From positions 1 through 64,000 of the IMG/VR virus record IMGVR_UViG_3300028034_000051: a stretch of DNA of 64,000 bases. One strand, 5' to 3'. A program made the position numbers and the translations under genes. Under the pieces are notes generated by a model. That model saw only the letters and a list, made by a program, of their open reading frames with translations, was not told the DNA's origin and made no database searches. This DNA comes from a virus. Numbering within the stretch: position 1 is the first letter of the stretch; the number at the start of each line of letters is the position of its first letter. Shown here in pieces: positions 39,141 through 46,911 of the stretch.

Positions 39141-39255
39141 TAAAAAATGGTTGATCTCATGAAAAAAACAGGTAATAGACCTCATTTCAGAGGTTTTCTT
39201 TTTAACTTTAAATCGAACATACATTCTTTACTTGACGCCGTAATTTGTAAAGGAG

Positions 39256-40407
39256 ATGATATTCATGGCTCACTTAAGAAAAAGAGGTGACAACTGGCAG
39301 ATTACAATCGAAGTTGGTCGTGATCCAGTCACAGGTAAACGAGAAAGAATCTATGAGACAGTCAAGGGAACTAAGAAGGAAGCAAGGAAGCGTATGCATG
39401 AACTAGCTTATCAAGTCGAAAACGGAACTTATGTAGAACCATCAGAATTAACTATGAAGGAATTTATGCTTAAATGGTATGAAGACTATTGCAAAAATAA
39501 TCTTGCCCCTTCTACGCAAGAATACTATGAGATGATCATCAATAGTCACTACATTCCTCTACTAGGTAATATTAAAATATCTGATCTTAAGCCAATGCAT
39601 ATTCAAAGCTATATTACAGAGAAGTTGAATAATGGCAGATTAGACGGTAAAGAAGGTGGTCTTTCTAGAAAATCAGTTAAGCGGCACTATACAGTCTTGA
39701 ATCAAATACTAAAATATGCTGTAAAGTTACAAGTGATTGATAGAAATCCAGCTGACCCAATAAGCCCACCTACTCCTAATAAGCCTGAAATACAAGCTAT
39801 GACCCACGAAGAGCTTAGTGAACTGTTAGAACATGTAGAAGGTTGGTTATATGATTTTATCTATATAGCATCCTTCACAGGCGCTAGAAGAGGTGAATTA
39901 TTAGCATTAAGATGGAAAGACGTAAACTTTAAAGAAAAGAAAATACAAATCAAACAGAGTGCATCTAAATTATCTGGAGGTAGATTAGTTTTTAGAGAGC
40001 CAAAAACAAATTCAAGTATTAGACCTATCGATATCGATGAAGACATTATCAAAATATTGAAACGTCGCAATAAAAAACAAAAAGAAGATAGATTGAGATT
40101 AGGCGAAAATTACAATAATGAATATGATTTAATATTTGTAAAAGAAAACGGAAATCCTTATTTCCCTGATTATGCTACAAAACAATTTAAAAAAGCCGTT
40201 AGGAAACTTGGTTTAGAAGAATATCGATTACATGATCTGCGGCATACCCATGCTACACTTATGTTGCAAGCTGGAGTTCATCCTAAAATAGTCCAGGAGC
40301 GTCTTGGGCATTCTTCTATTACTCAAACTCTTGACACTTACTCTCATGTAATTCCATCTATGCAAAAAGAGGCCGTCCAAAAACTAAAAAATAGCTTAAA
40401 AAAGTAA
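39256..40407 (+). CDS. int: Tyrosine integrase
   Basis: TGARRGE, HDLRHTHA, LGHS, Y catalytic residues; N-terminal arm-binding domain. Confidence 0.96.
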   Translation: MIFMAHLRKRGDNWQITIEVGRDPVTGKRERIYETVKGTKKEARKRMHELAYQVENGTYVEPSELTMKEFMLKWYEDYCKNNLAPSTQEYYEMIINSHYIPLLGNIKISDLKPMHIQSYITEKLNNGRLDGKEGGLSRKSVKRHYTVLNQILKYAVKLQVIDRNPADPISPPTPNKPEIQAMTHEELSELLEHVEGWLYDFIYIASFTGARRGELLALRWKDVNFKEKKIQIKQSASKLSGGRLVFREPKTNSSIRPIDIDEDIIKILKRRNKKQKEDRLRLGENYNNEYDLIFVKENGNPYFPDYATKQFKKAVRKLGLEEYRLHDLRHTHATLMLQAGVHPKIVQERLGHSSITQTLDTYSHVIPSMQKEAVQKLKNSLKK

Positions 40408-40444
40408 GTTGGGCGACAAAATGGCGACATTTTATTCTGTCAAT

Positions 40445-40481
40445 AAAAAAAGGGTTAAGAGCAAAAACACTCTTAACCCTT
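40445..40481 (-). terminator. Intrinsic terminator downstream of tRNA fragment
   Basis: 12-bp stem AAGGGTTAAGAG/CTCTTAACCCTT with T run on minus strand. Confidence 0.85.
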
Positions 40482-40501
40482 GATATTATAAGCTTCATAA
40501 G

Positions 40502-40546
40502 TGGTGCGGACAGATGGGATCGAACCATCGGCCTCCACGATGTCAA
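40502..40546 (-). tRNA. 3' half of tRNA-Val(GAC) (att core, not a complete tRNA)
   Basis: TTGACAT loop, T arm GATGG-TTCGATC-CCATC, TGTCCGC-A-CCA; 5' half missing. Confidence 0.88.
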
Positions 40547-40728
40547 TTTTATTATTGCTTTTTTTAACGTTTTTTAGAGTAAAATAAGTCTATATACATT
40601 GCTATTATAGACCCTTATTTAAATTAAATTAAAATGAAAAAAATAATCGGCGTCAAGTTTGGCGACATTGTGGCGACATGATGTCGTCATTTTTATCTAC
40701 ATTATAATAGAAATAAAAAAGACCAGCA

Positions 40729-41244
40729 TTAACTGGTCTTTGGATCACCGTATAGCCTTTTCATAGCTGCATGCGTGACCAACCAATTACTTCCTGACTT
40801 GCGAACCTCTCCTTTCTCGAATCTGTCATCATACTTTGCTTTCCTCAAAGTTGAATCCCCAAGCCCCCATTTTTCTTGAGCTTCAGCAAATGTATATACT
40901 GTGTCTAGGTTATTGAGAGAACCAACCGAAAGGCCAATTCCGTAACTAGTCTTAGGATCATTATTATCAAAATGCTTTTTTGATGTAGAAAGAAATAAGT
41001 CGGCTATAATTTCTCTATACTGTTTGCTTTTTCTATCACCTTCAAGTATCCTTTCCAAAGCAACATACAACGATTGCATGTCCTTAAGATTATTAATTCT
41101 CGTTTTCCCTTCTTTGATTAACCTAACATAGCGATCATGATTAAGCTCGTTGGCGCGTGTAGCAATAACTCCAAGATAGAAAGCGATTCTATTAACATTA
41201 TCCTCAGCTAGCTTGCTTTGTTCAAACTTCGTAATCATATCCAT
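40729..41244 (-). CDS. Accessory protein with C-terminal HTH
   Basis: AEAQEKWGLGDSTLRKA..RKSGSNWLVT..LYG. Confidence 0.7.
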   Translation of the reverse strand: MDMITKFEQSKLAEDNVNRIAFYLGVIATRANELNHDRYVRLIKEGKTRINNLKDMQSLYVALERILEGDRKSKQYREIIADLFLSTSKKHFDNNDPKTSYGIGLSVGSLNNLDTVYTFAEAQEKWGLGDSTLRKAKYDDRFEKGEVRKSGSNWLVTHAAMKRLYGDPKTS

Positions 41245-41254
41245 GATTAACCAT

Positions 41255-41290
41255 CTCCTTTTTTGTAGTTGGCTCCTTTTTTGTAGTTGG
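41255..41290. repeat. 18-bp tandem duplication including the RBS
   Basis: CTCCTTTTTTGTAGTTGG x2. Confidence 0.85.
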
Positions 41291-41323
41291 CTTTTTAATA
41301 AGCAGAAGCCTAACTGCTATCAA

Positions 41324-41803
41324 TTACTTAATATAACCTTTCTCAACAGCTAAATCATAATGTCTAGCAAACTGATCTCTATTCTCTCCAAATTCTTCTT
41401 TTCTCTTTCTTGATTCTCTTCTAAATTTGTAATCATACCATTCGCAATCACTGTATTCCTCAACAAAAACTCCAACTTTTCTTTCATCTTCAATATCATC
41501 TTCGTTGACTTCTTTCCACTCTATAACTGACTTTGGAACCCAAACTTCGTCATTAAATAATGTTGCTTTCTCGGTTTCTTGTGTAACCTCTAAGTTTGAA
41601 AACTCATTAAGTAAACATTCTTGAGCAGAGTTCTTTCTTAACCACCAATCTTCAATAATAGGTTTTTTATTCATCTCTTTTTCCTCCTTTTCTTCTTTCC
41701 AAGCTAATTTCAATGCCAAGCTCATTCTAGCTCTATAATTACCTTCAAAAGTCTTCGCCAACTTGTGTGCCTTTCTCATTAATCTGCTTAACATTGAAAT
41801 CAA
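41324..41803 (-). CDS. Hypothetical accessory protein
   Basis: LMRKAHKLAK..SLALKLAW N-terminus; own promoter. Confidence 0.6.
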   Translation of the reverse strand: MISMLSRLMRKAHKLAKTFEGNYRARMSLALKLAWKEEKEEKEMNKKPIIEDWWLRKNSAQECLLNEFSNLEVTQETEKATLFNDEVWVPKSVIEWKEVNEDDIEDERKVGVFVEEYSDCEWYDYKFRRESRKRKEEFGENRDQFARHYDLAVEKGYIK

Positions 41804-41846
41804 CTCCTCAAATTATTTTGTGCCGTCTCCATCACTTTCTATATAT

Positions 41847-41875
41847 ATTGTAACACATGCGTTACATATTGTCAA
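41847..41875 (-). promoter_or_regulatory. SigmaA promoter with overlapping palindromic operator
   Basis: TTGACA-17-TACAAT; TGTAAC-N6-GTTACA at 41849..41866. Confidence 0.75.
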
Positions 41876-41904
41876 GAGTTATTTCAATTTATTTCTATAC
41901 AAAT

Positions 41905-41935
41905 AAAAAAAGCCCCGCCACCAAACGGCAGCGGG
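41905..41935 (-). terminator. Terminator ending the lysis operon
   Basis: CCCGCTGCC-GTTT-GGTGGCGGG followed by T7. Confidence 0.85.
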
Positions 41936-41940
41936 TACGA

Positions 41941-42057
41941 TTAGAATCTGTAATTGTATTCAGCTGATATACTTTTGTTCTTGATATCTAAGTCTACATC
42001 CAGACCAGGATCGGGCAGCGTCACTTGGTATTCCCTGATTTCTTTTGCGACTTTCCC
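41941..42057 (-). CDS. -1 frame extension of 42021..42392 (VAKEIREYQVTLPDPGLDVDLDIKNKSISAEYNYRF)
   Basis: In-frame G GGA AAG at 42057..42051; -1 frame open from there to TAA just before the terminator. Confidence 0.65.
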   Translation of the reverse strand, partial: GKVAKEIREYQVTLPDPGLDVDLDIKNKSISAEYNYRF

Positions 42058-42392
42058 TTATCAACTCGCTTGATTTCATTAATATGCTTATTAAGTTCCT
42101 TGACTGCATTCTCATCCGTCTTCTCTTCCTGCTCTATTACTTCATTTCTAACCTCAGTCAGCAACTTTGCTACATCCTCATTCTCTACTCCGGCACGCTT
42201 AAGTCCATTTTTGACAGCCTTAGTTATGTCTGGGATTGATGCATAAGCTACATCGTCAATCTCATTTTCTGTGCTTTCTACAAACTCTTTTCCTTCCTTG
42301 GCTAACTTTTTGATATAACCTTTGCTTACTACAAAAGCAACAATACCACTCAATATGATAGGACCTAATGAATTCATTAATAACGCTTCCAT
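42021..42392 (-). CDS. Lysis-cassette membrane protein (single N-terminal TM; holin- or spanin-like)
   Basis: PIILSGIVAFVVS TM then charged helical domain; last gene of lysis operon. Confidence 0.65.
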   Translation of the reverse strand: MEALLMNSLGPIILSGIVAFVVSKGYIKKLAKEGKEFVESTENEIDDVAYASIPDITKAVKNGLKRAGVENEDVAKLLTEVRNEVIEQEEKTDENAVKELNKHINEIKRVDKGKSQKKSGNTK

Positions 42393-42440
42393 AAGTAACC
42401 ATCTCCTCTTAATTTTATATTTCTGTCAATTCTAATCAAA

Positions 42441-43157
42441 CTAACTCCATATATTTTGTTTCCATTCGTCGTTAATCAAATCCCTGCAAATCCCTTTGTA
42501 TCCTTCTTCATTATGATATAAGTCACAACTTATCTCTTCATAAAAATCAGGATATTTCATGATTAGACCGTGTTCAAAATGAATATCCTTCATTGAAGAT
42601 TGGAATTTTAGCATAATTGCTTCGAATTCATTATATCTTCTAGCTTGCATTCCCTTAAGATCATAGAAGCAAATTTCATTAAATTTAGATTCCATAATAA
42701 ATTCAAGTAGTTCTTTGAATTCTTTCTCGTGCATATACCCTACAACTACATTGAGCCAGATTTTATCGACATCATTTTTGTCAATTTTTCTGTCCCATGC
42801 TTCAATTTCTTTTTCATTTGTAATATTAACTCCAACTGTATATGCCTTTTGAATAAGATTGTAGTCAATATCATGATCCTTGGTCATGAATGAGGTTTTA
42901 ATATTGTGCTCAATAGCAAAATCTAGTATTTGCTCTAAATCAGGATGTAACGTCGGGTCTCCACCAACCAGATTGAATTCATTAGTCTTATTTTTGTGAG
43001 CAAGCATAAATTGCTTTATTTTGCTAAGCTCAGCAACTTCCCCTTGACCTTTATCTTTGTTATTTTGAATACAAAATCCGCAACGGAAGTTACATTCGTT
43101 AGTTATCCGTAAATCAATTAAACGAAAATGTTCATTTTCTAATTCTACATCTTGCAT
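42441..43157 (-). CDS. Radical SAM protein (238 aa)
   Basis: CNFRCGFC (CxxxCxxC) and GGDP motif; RBS AAGGAG overlapping the endolysin stop. Confidence 0.85.
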   Translation of the reverse strand: MQDVELENEHFRLIDLRITNECNFRCGFCIQNNKDKGQGEVAELSKIKQFMLAHKNKTNEFNLVGGDPTLHPDLEQILDFAIEHNIKTSFMTKDHDIDYNLIQKAYTVGVNITNEKEIEAWDRKIDKNDVDKIWLNVVVGYMHEKEFKELLEFIMESKFNEICFYDLKGMQARRYNEFEAIMLKFQSSMKDIHFEHGLIMKYPDFYEEISCDLYHNEEGYKGICRDLINDEWKQNIWS

Positions 43158-43162
43158 AATTA

Positions 43163-43666
43163 TCACTCCTTTTCAATTTCTACACGCTTCATCCACCCTC
43201 TGATGAACACCTTTTGACTCGGATCATTAAGAGCTATCTTAACGTATCTTTCACCCTGCAGGATATTCATGATCTTAACTAGCTCATCAGTATACTCAAA
43301 TTCATTAACCGCAGCTGCAGTATTGGGTCCCATAACTCCATCGATTGCTATTTCATTTTCTCGAAAGCAATTGACAGCCATTTGCAAGTGCTTCGTTGCT
43401 GTGAATACGCCCATGTTAACCGCCTGGTCAAAACATTCGATTCCTACTTGGACCGGAACATTTTCGTATTGCCAGTAGTTTTCTCGATATATTTCCTTAG
43501 CTTTCTCCAATGACAAATCCCTCATATCACCTTCATAACCTGCTGCTCTAGCCACTTCTTCAGTAATGCCAAACTTAGTAATTCCTCCTCGATCTGCTTC
43601 ATGATTGGAGTAGCCACCTTCGTAATTCAGTACTTCCTCGAATGCTTTCTCGAACTTTTTGCTCAC
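43163..43666 (-). CDS. Endolysin, glycoside hydrolase family 108 with PG-binding domain
   Basis: EGGYSNHEADRGGITKFGIT, FDQAVNMG, DGVMGPNT, FIRGWMKR. Confidence 0.92.
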   Translation of the reverse strand: MSKKFEKAFEEVLNYEGGYSNHEADRGGITKFGITEEVARAAGYEGDMRDLSLEKAKEIYRENYWQYENVPVQVGIECFDQAVNMGVFTATKHLQMAVNCFRENEIAIDGVMGPNTAAAVNEFEYTDELVKIMNILQGERYVKIALNDPSQKVFIRGWMKRVEIEKE

Positions 43667-43713
43667 ATGATCACCTCCATTTTTTGCATTAAAAAAGACA
43701 CCCTTTCAGGAGT

Positions 43714-43992
43714 CTACGAAGTTATTGCATATATTAATGACGCTATTGCTACAAGCCACCCGCCCCATTTTCTAATTGTTTCTGCTAATTCATGCTTACC
43801 TTTTTCCGTATTCTCTATCTCATTAATCTTTTCTTCGTTCTGATTAATCTTTTGATAGCTTTCCATCATATCTTGCCTTAGTCCGTTGTACCTTTTGATT
43901 ACACTTCGAGTCTGTGTCATTTCTTCTTTGAGACTTTGGATCATATCGAATAGCTCTTTATTTGAATACCACTCTTTTTCATTGTCTGTCAT
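43714..43992 (-). CDS. Holin-like protein (paralog of 48..329)
   Basis: WYSNK N-terminal motif and identical C-terminal TM. Confidence 0.7.
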   Translation of the reverse strand: MTDNEKEWYSNKELFDMIQSLKEEMTQTRSVIKRYNGLRQDMMESYQKINQNEEKINEIENTEKGKHELAETIRKWGGWLVAIASLIYAITS

Positions 43993-44033
43993 TGACCACA
44001 CCCCTTCAAGAAAAAATCCACCTCCCCAGGTGG

Positions 44034-44390
44034 TTAATCCGTAATGCTTTCTGTAATTTTGAGAGTTCCCTCGAACGCCTTATATCTTCTACCAGTTGAA
44101 TCTTCTACTAACGTTAATTCATGCTTATATAGCCCTGTTGCTATATCAGTATCTATGTTAGTTATATTGATTTCAATTTGTCCGTTCAGAGCATCTAGTA
44201 TATCGATTCCATTTCCATCTGACTTGTTGATTACTTCAGTTTTTGTATTCGGGTCCTCAGCCACATACTTCAAAGAAAAATCACCTAATGGAACTTCAAC
44301 TCCATTATCAGTGATAGTGTGCGGGTATGTTCGATCAATCCTTTGAGAAATCTCATAGTTCACTTGAGTTACATCATTCATAAGCATCAC
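44034..44390 (-). CDS. BppU-like baseplate/fibre-associated protein
   Basis: DALNGQIEI..DT..G.YKHEL beta-sandwich pattern. Confidence 0.5.
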   Translation of the reverse strand: MMLMNDVTQVNYEISQRIDRTYPHTITDNGVEVPLGDFSLKYVAEDPNTKTEVINKSDGNGIDILDALNGQIEINITNIDTDIATGLYKHELTLVEDSTGRRYKAFEGTLKITESITD

Positions 44391-45597
44391 CTACTTTCAC
44401 AATATCTAGAGTTTTGTTATCTGCAACACGTGTGATCTCCAATTCTTCCTCTGTTGCTTTTCTAGTTATTTGTGGATTAACGTCCAAAATCTTACGAAAT
44501 ATATCGACTACTCTTGCCATATCAAATGCAATTGGATTACTGTAATATCCTTCCATCTCTGTTGTTGATTCTTTTGATATGTCATCTGTTAATATTGATG
44601 ACGAATAGTAGCCTGGCATAGTTAAAACTACATCTAAAGGTGGATTTAAGGCACTATCTATTAAGAGCACATTCTTTCCACTATACCTACCAATATATAA
44701 AATCCTGTTACTTAACACTTGCAATCCTTCACTTATTCCTGTATTCACTTTTAGCCTTGTATTAAGTGAACAATCAAGATTGTAAATATCAGCATAGGCT
44801 TGGTATGTGCTATTTTCGTATTTATAAAGTCCACACACAAAATATTCACCTGTAGTATTGAATTTTAAGTTATTAATAAATTCTGCAACTTGATTTTCTG
44901 ATAGTATGTCACCTGTTTGTGCATCAATTGTTCTTATCCAATTATTATTATTTACATCTCTATAAAACATAGCAATTCTGTTGCTTACACTTGAATAATC
45001 AAAAGCACGTATGTCTGTATCTTTATCATTGGGCATACTATTTAATATATTGCCTGTATCATAATCAACAAACGTTACTGATGAATTTTCTCTGCTATGT
45101 CTCACTTGTATGAATGTTTGTTCATCTATAAATAAAATTTCTGATATCCCTCTTGCAAGCATCGACTCAATAAATGTACCATCAACATCATATTTGCATA
45201 AATCATACTCCCCAACTAATATTTGAGTATTATCAGGTGACATTTCTATGAAATAGACATCATAAGAATATTGTGCTTCTTGCAAATCAAAGAATTTAAC
45301 AATTTCCCCCGTTGATATTGTAATCTTGAGCACTTCACAATTAGTTGTAACAGCAAATAATATATCATCAGTGTACCATGTAATGTCTTTTAGTTCACCG
45401 CCATTAAATTGGTTTTCCCAATATCCATGCAATGTGGCAGTTTTGTAGTCATATATGAAAATCTCATTTCCATCATGATAGGCATCACCATTGAATAGTG
45501 CTATTAGTTCTTTGTTAGGACTTAAATAAGTGTTCTTCCATGAGCCATAAGCCCTACTATCAATATTAAAACTGAATATAGTATCGCCCTGTGCCAT
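44374..45597 (-). CDS. Beta-propeller (WD40/YVTN-like) tail-associated protein
   Basis: Repeated SPD/SPN, D..TG turns at about 40-aa spacing. Confidence 0.6.
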   Translation of the reverse strand: MAQGDTIFSFNIDSRAYGSWKNTYLSPNKELIALFNGDAYHDGNEIFIYDYKTATLHGYWENQFNGGELKDITWYTDDILFAVTTNCEVLKITISTGEIVKFFDLQEAQYSYDVYFIEMSPDNTQILVGEYDLCKYDVDGTFIESMLARGISEILFIDEQTFIQVRHSRENSSVTFVDYDTGNILNSMPNDKDTDIRAFDYSSVSNRIAMFYRDVNNNNWIRTIDAQTGDILSENQVAEFINNLKFNTTGEYFVCGLYKYENSTYQAYADIYNLDCSLNTRLKVNTGISEGLQVLSNRILYIGRYSGKNVLLIDSALNPPLDVVLTMPGYYSSSILTDDISKESTTEMEGYYSNPIAFDMARVVDIFRKILDVNPQITRKATEEELEITRVADNKTLDIVKVGDAYE

Positions 45598-45598
45598 A

Positions 45599-45820
45599 TT
45601 AATCTACTCCCCATTGAGCCAGAATATTTTTTGCTTCTGTTTTGGTTATTTCTTGTATTTGGGCTGATTGTTCAACTTTCATATCAACTGAATCCTCTGC
45701 TCTCCAAATACATTGCGTCTCGTCTGGAGAATAACCACAATTACTGTAATCCTTGTGACCAACATCTGGATAACTAAAACTAGTTCCAATCTTATCAGTA
45801 TTAATAAGATAATATTTCAT
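45599..45820 (-). CDS. Hypothetical protein
   Basis: ORF in tail operon. Confidence 0.55.
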   Translation of the reverse strand: MKYYLINTDKIGTSFSYPDVGHKDYSNCGYSPDETQCIWRAEDSVDMKVEQSAQIQEITKTEAKNILAQWGVD

Positions 45821-45835
45821 TCTTAATCACCGTCC

Positions 45836-46198
45836 TTATACTATTTTTGGAACTTCAAGCGGACACTTAATTGTCGCCTTATCTGCATCTTGAGTTAACT
45901 CCGTAGTAGAAACACTTTGAACTGGGCCCAGTGAATCTGTAGAACTACCATTAGGAAATAATACCCCTTGATCAATAGTAACTGGTAATGGAATATCCGA
46001 GTCACTACCATTAATCTCAACTGAAAGCTCCATTGGGTTATTCCCTTGTGTATGCGTCCAACTTACTCTGCTATCAGACAACGGCAATCTTACAATTGCA
46101 TTCCCGTTGTCATTCTGTAATTCTATATGAATACTACTGTTACGGATCAATGTTTCCCGAATCCATTCGTAGCCGTTTGAATTGAATTCAACTGCCAA
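45836..46198 (-). CDS. Hypothetical tail-associated protein
   Basis: ORF in tail operon with RBS. Confidence 0.55.
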   Translation of the reverse strand: MAVEFNSNGYEWIRETLIRNSSIHIELQNDNGNAIVRLPLSDSRVSWTHTQGNNPMELSVEINGSDSDIPLPVTIDQGVLFPNGSSTDSLGPVQSVSTTELTQDADKATIKCPLEVPKIV

Positions 46199-46203
46199 TT
46201 ATG

Positions 46204-46419
46204 TCACCTCCCTAGATTTTGTTTTTTTTTATTATCGTAAGTAAAACTAACACTAACCCCTACCGCATTTGCTAACTTTTTAATTGCTGTTATCATTTCT
46301 TCTTTAGTGATAAGATCCAATTCATCTGCTAATTCTGCATTTTCGTCTGCTAATTTTTCTAAGCCCTTTTCAATTTTAACACTACCGTCTAATTGTTTAT
46401 TAGCATTGAATTTAGTCAA
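46204..46419 (-). CDS. Hypothetical protein
   Basis: ORF in tail operon with RBS. Confidence 0.5.
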   Translation of the reverse strand: MTKFNANKQLDGSVKIEKGLEKLADENAELADELDLITKEEMITAIKKLANAVGVSVSFTYDNKKKQNLGR

Positions 46420-46911
46420 TTAAATCACCTCCACTTGAGTCTGTGGGTGATTTCTAAATAAATCCCCTTGATAACTGATAATATAATTGCCTACATCAGT
46501 TACTTCAACAACTTGCTCACCATGATTATTAGTGATAGGTATATTTATTGGAATATCTTCAAAATAAACAGTCACAGATGCTATATCATCAACTGCAATA
46601 GTATCTTTAATATCAACTATAATAGTCAATTTAGAACTTACAGAAGTATTTACTGTAACCTTATCAGTGACTAATTCTATTTTAGGTTTGGGAACAACAT
46701 TATCATTAACTACTCTTAATTCGTTTTGAGCTTGATTAGTAAGCATATTTTGGTCAATAGTTATAAATGACATATACTTTTTAGCATCTTCTGATACTCT
46801 AGCACTACGATACAATGCTTCATCAGAAGGTAATCCTGCACTACCATGAGGTTCTGGCTGACATCTTAATATCTCGTTGGTTCTGGTATCGTATAATATT
46901 TTGCTAGGCAT
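46420..46911 (-). CDS. Hypothetical tail-associated protein
   Basis: Coupled to the tail tip gene. Confidence 0.55.
   Translation of the reverse strand: MPSKILYDTRTNEILRCQPEPHGSAGLPSDEALYRSARVSEDAKKYMSFITIDQNMLTNQAQNELRVVNDNVVPKPKIELVTDKVTVNTSVSSKLTIIVDIKDTIAVDDIASVTVYFEDIPINIPITNNHGEQVVEVTDVGNYIISYQGDLFRNHPQTQVEVI

Larger units (their letters stand above)
1..40546 (-). mobile_element. Prophage A (temperate, contractile tail, HK97-type head, DGR-bearing); left end outside window
   Basis: Ordered integrase, immunity, replication, packaging, head, sheath/baseplate and holin modules ending at a tRNA fragment. Confidence 0.95.
40412..40690. other. att junction with arm-type repeats on both sides of the core
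   Basis: GGCGACA at 40412, 40423, 40661, 40672; GGCGTCA at 40649. Confidence 0.75.

Noticed and set aside
40358-40546. 62-aa ORF or complete tRNA gene
   Set aside because: ORF merely spans the att core and terminator; tRNA lacks its 5' half
42441-43157. Calling the radical SAM protein a viperin or MoaA
   Set aside because: Only generic CxxxCxxC and GG(D/E)P motifs are visible; viperin N-x-H motif and MoaA C-terminal features are not evident
41941-44001. Canonical Rz/Rz1 spanin pair
   Set aside because: No lipobox-containing ORF noticed in or overlapping the lysis genes
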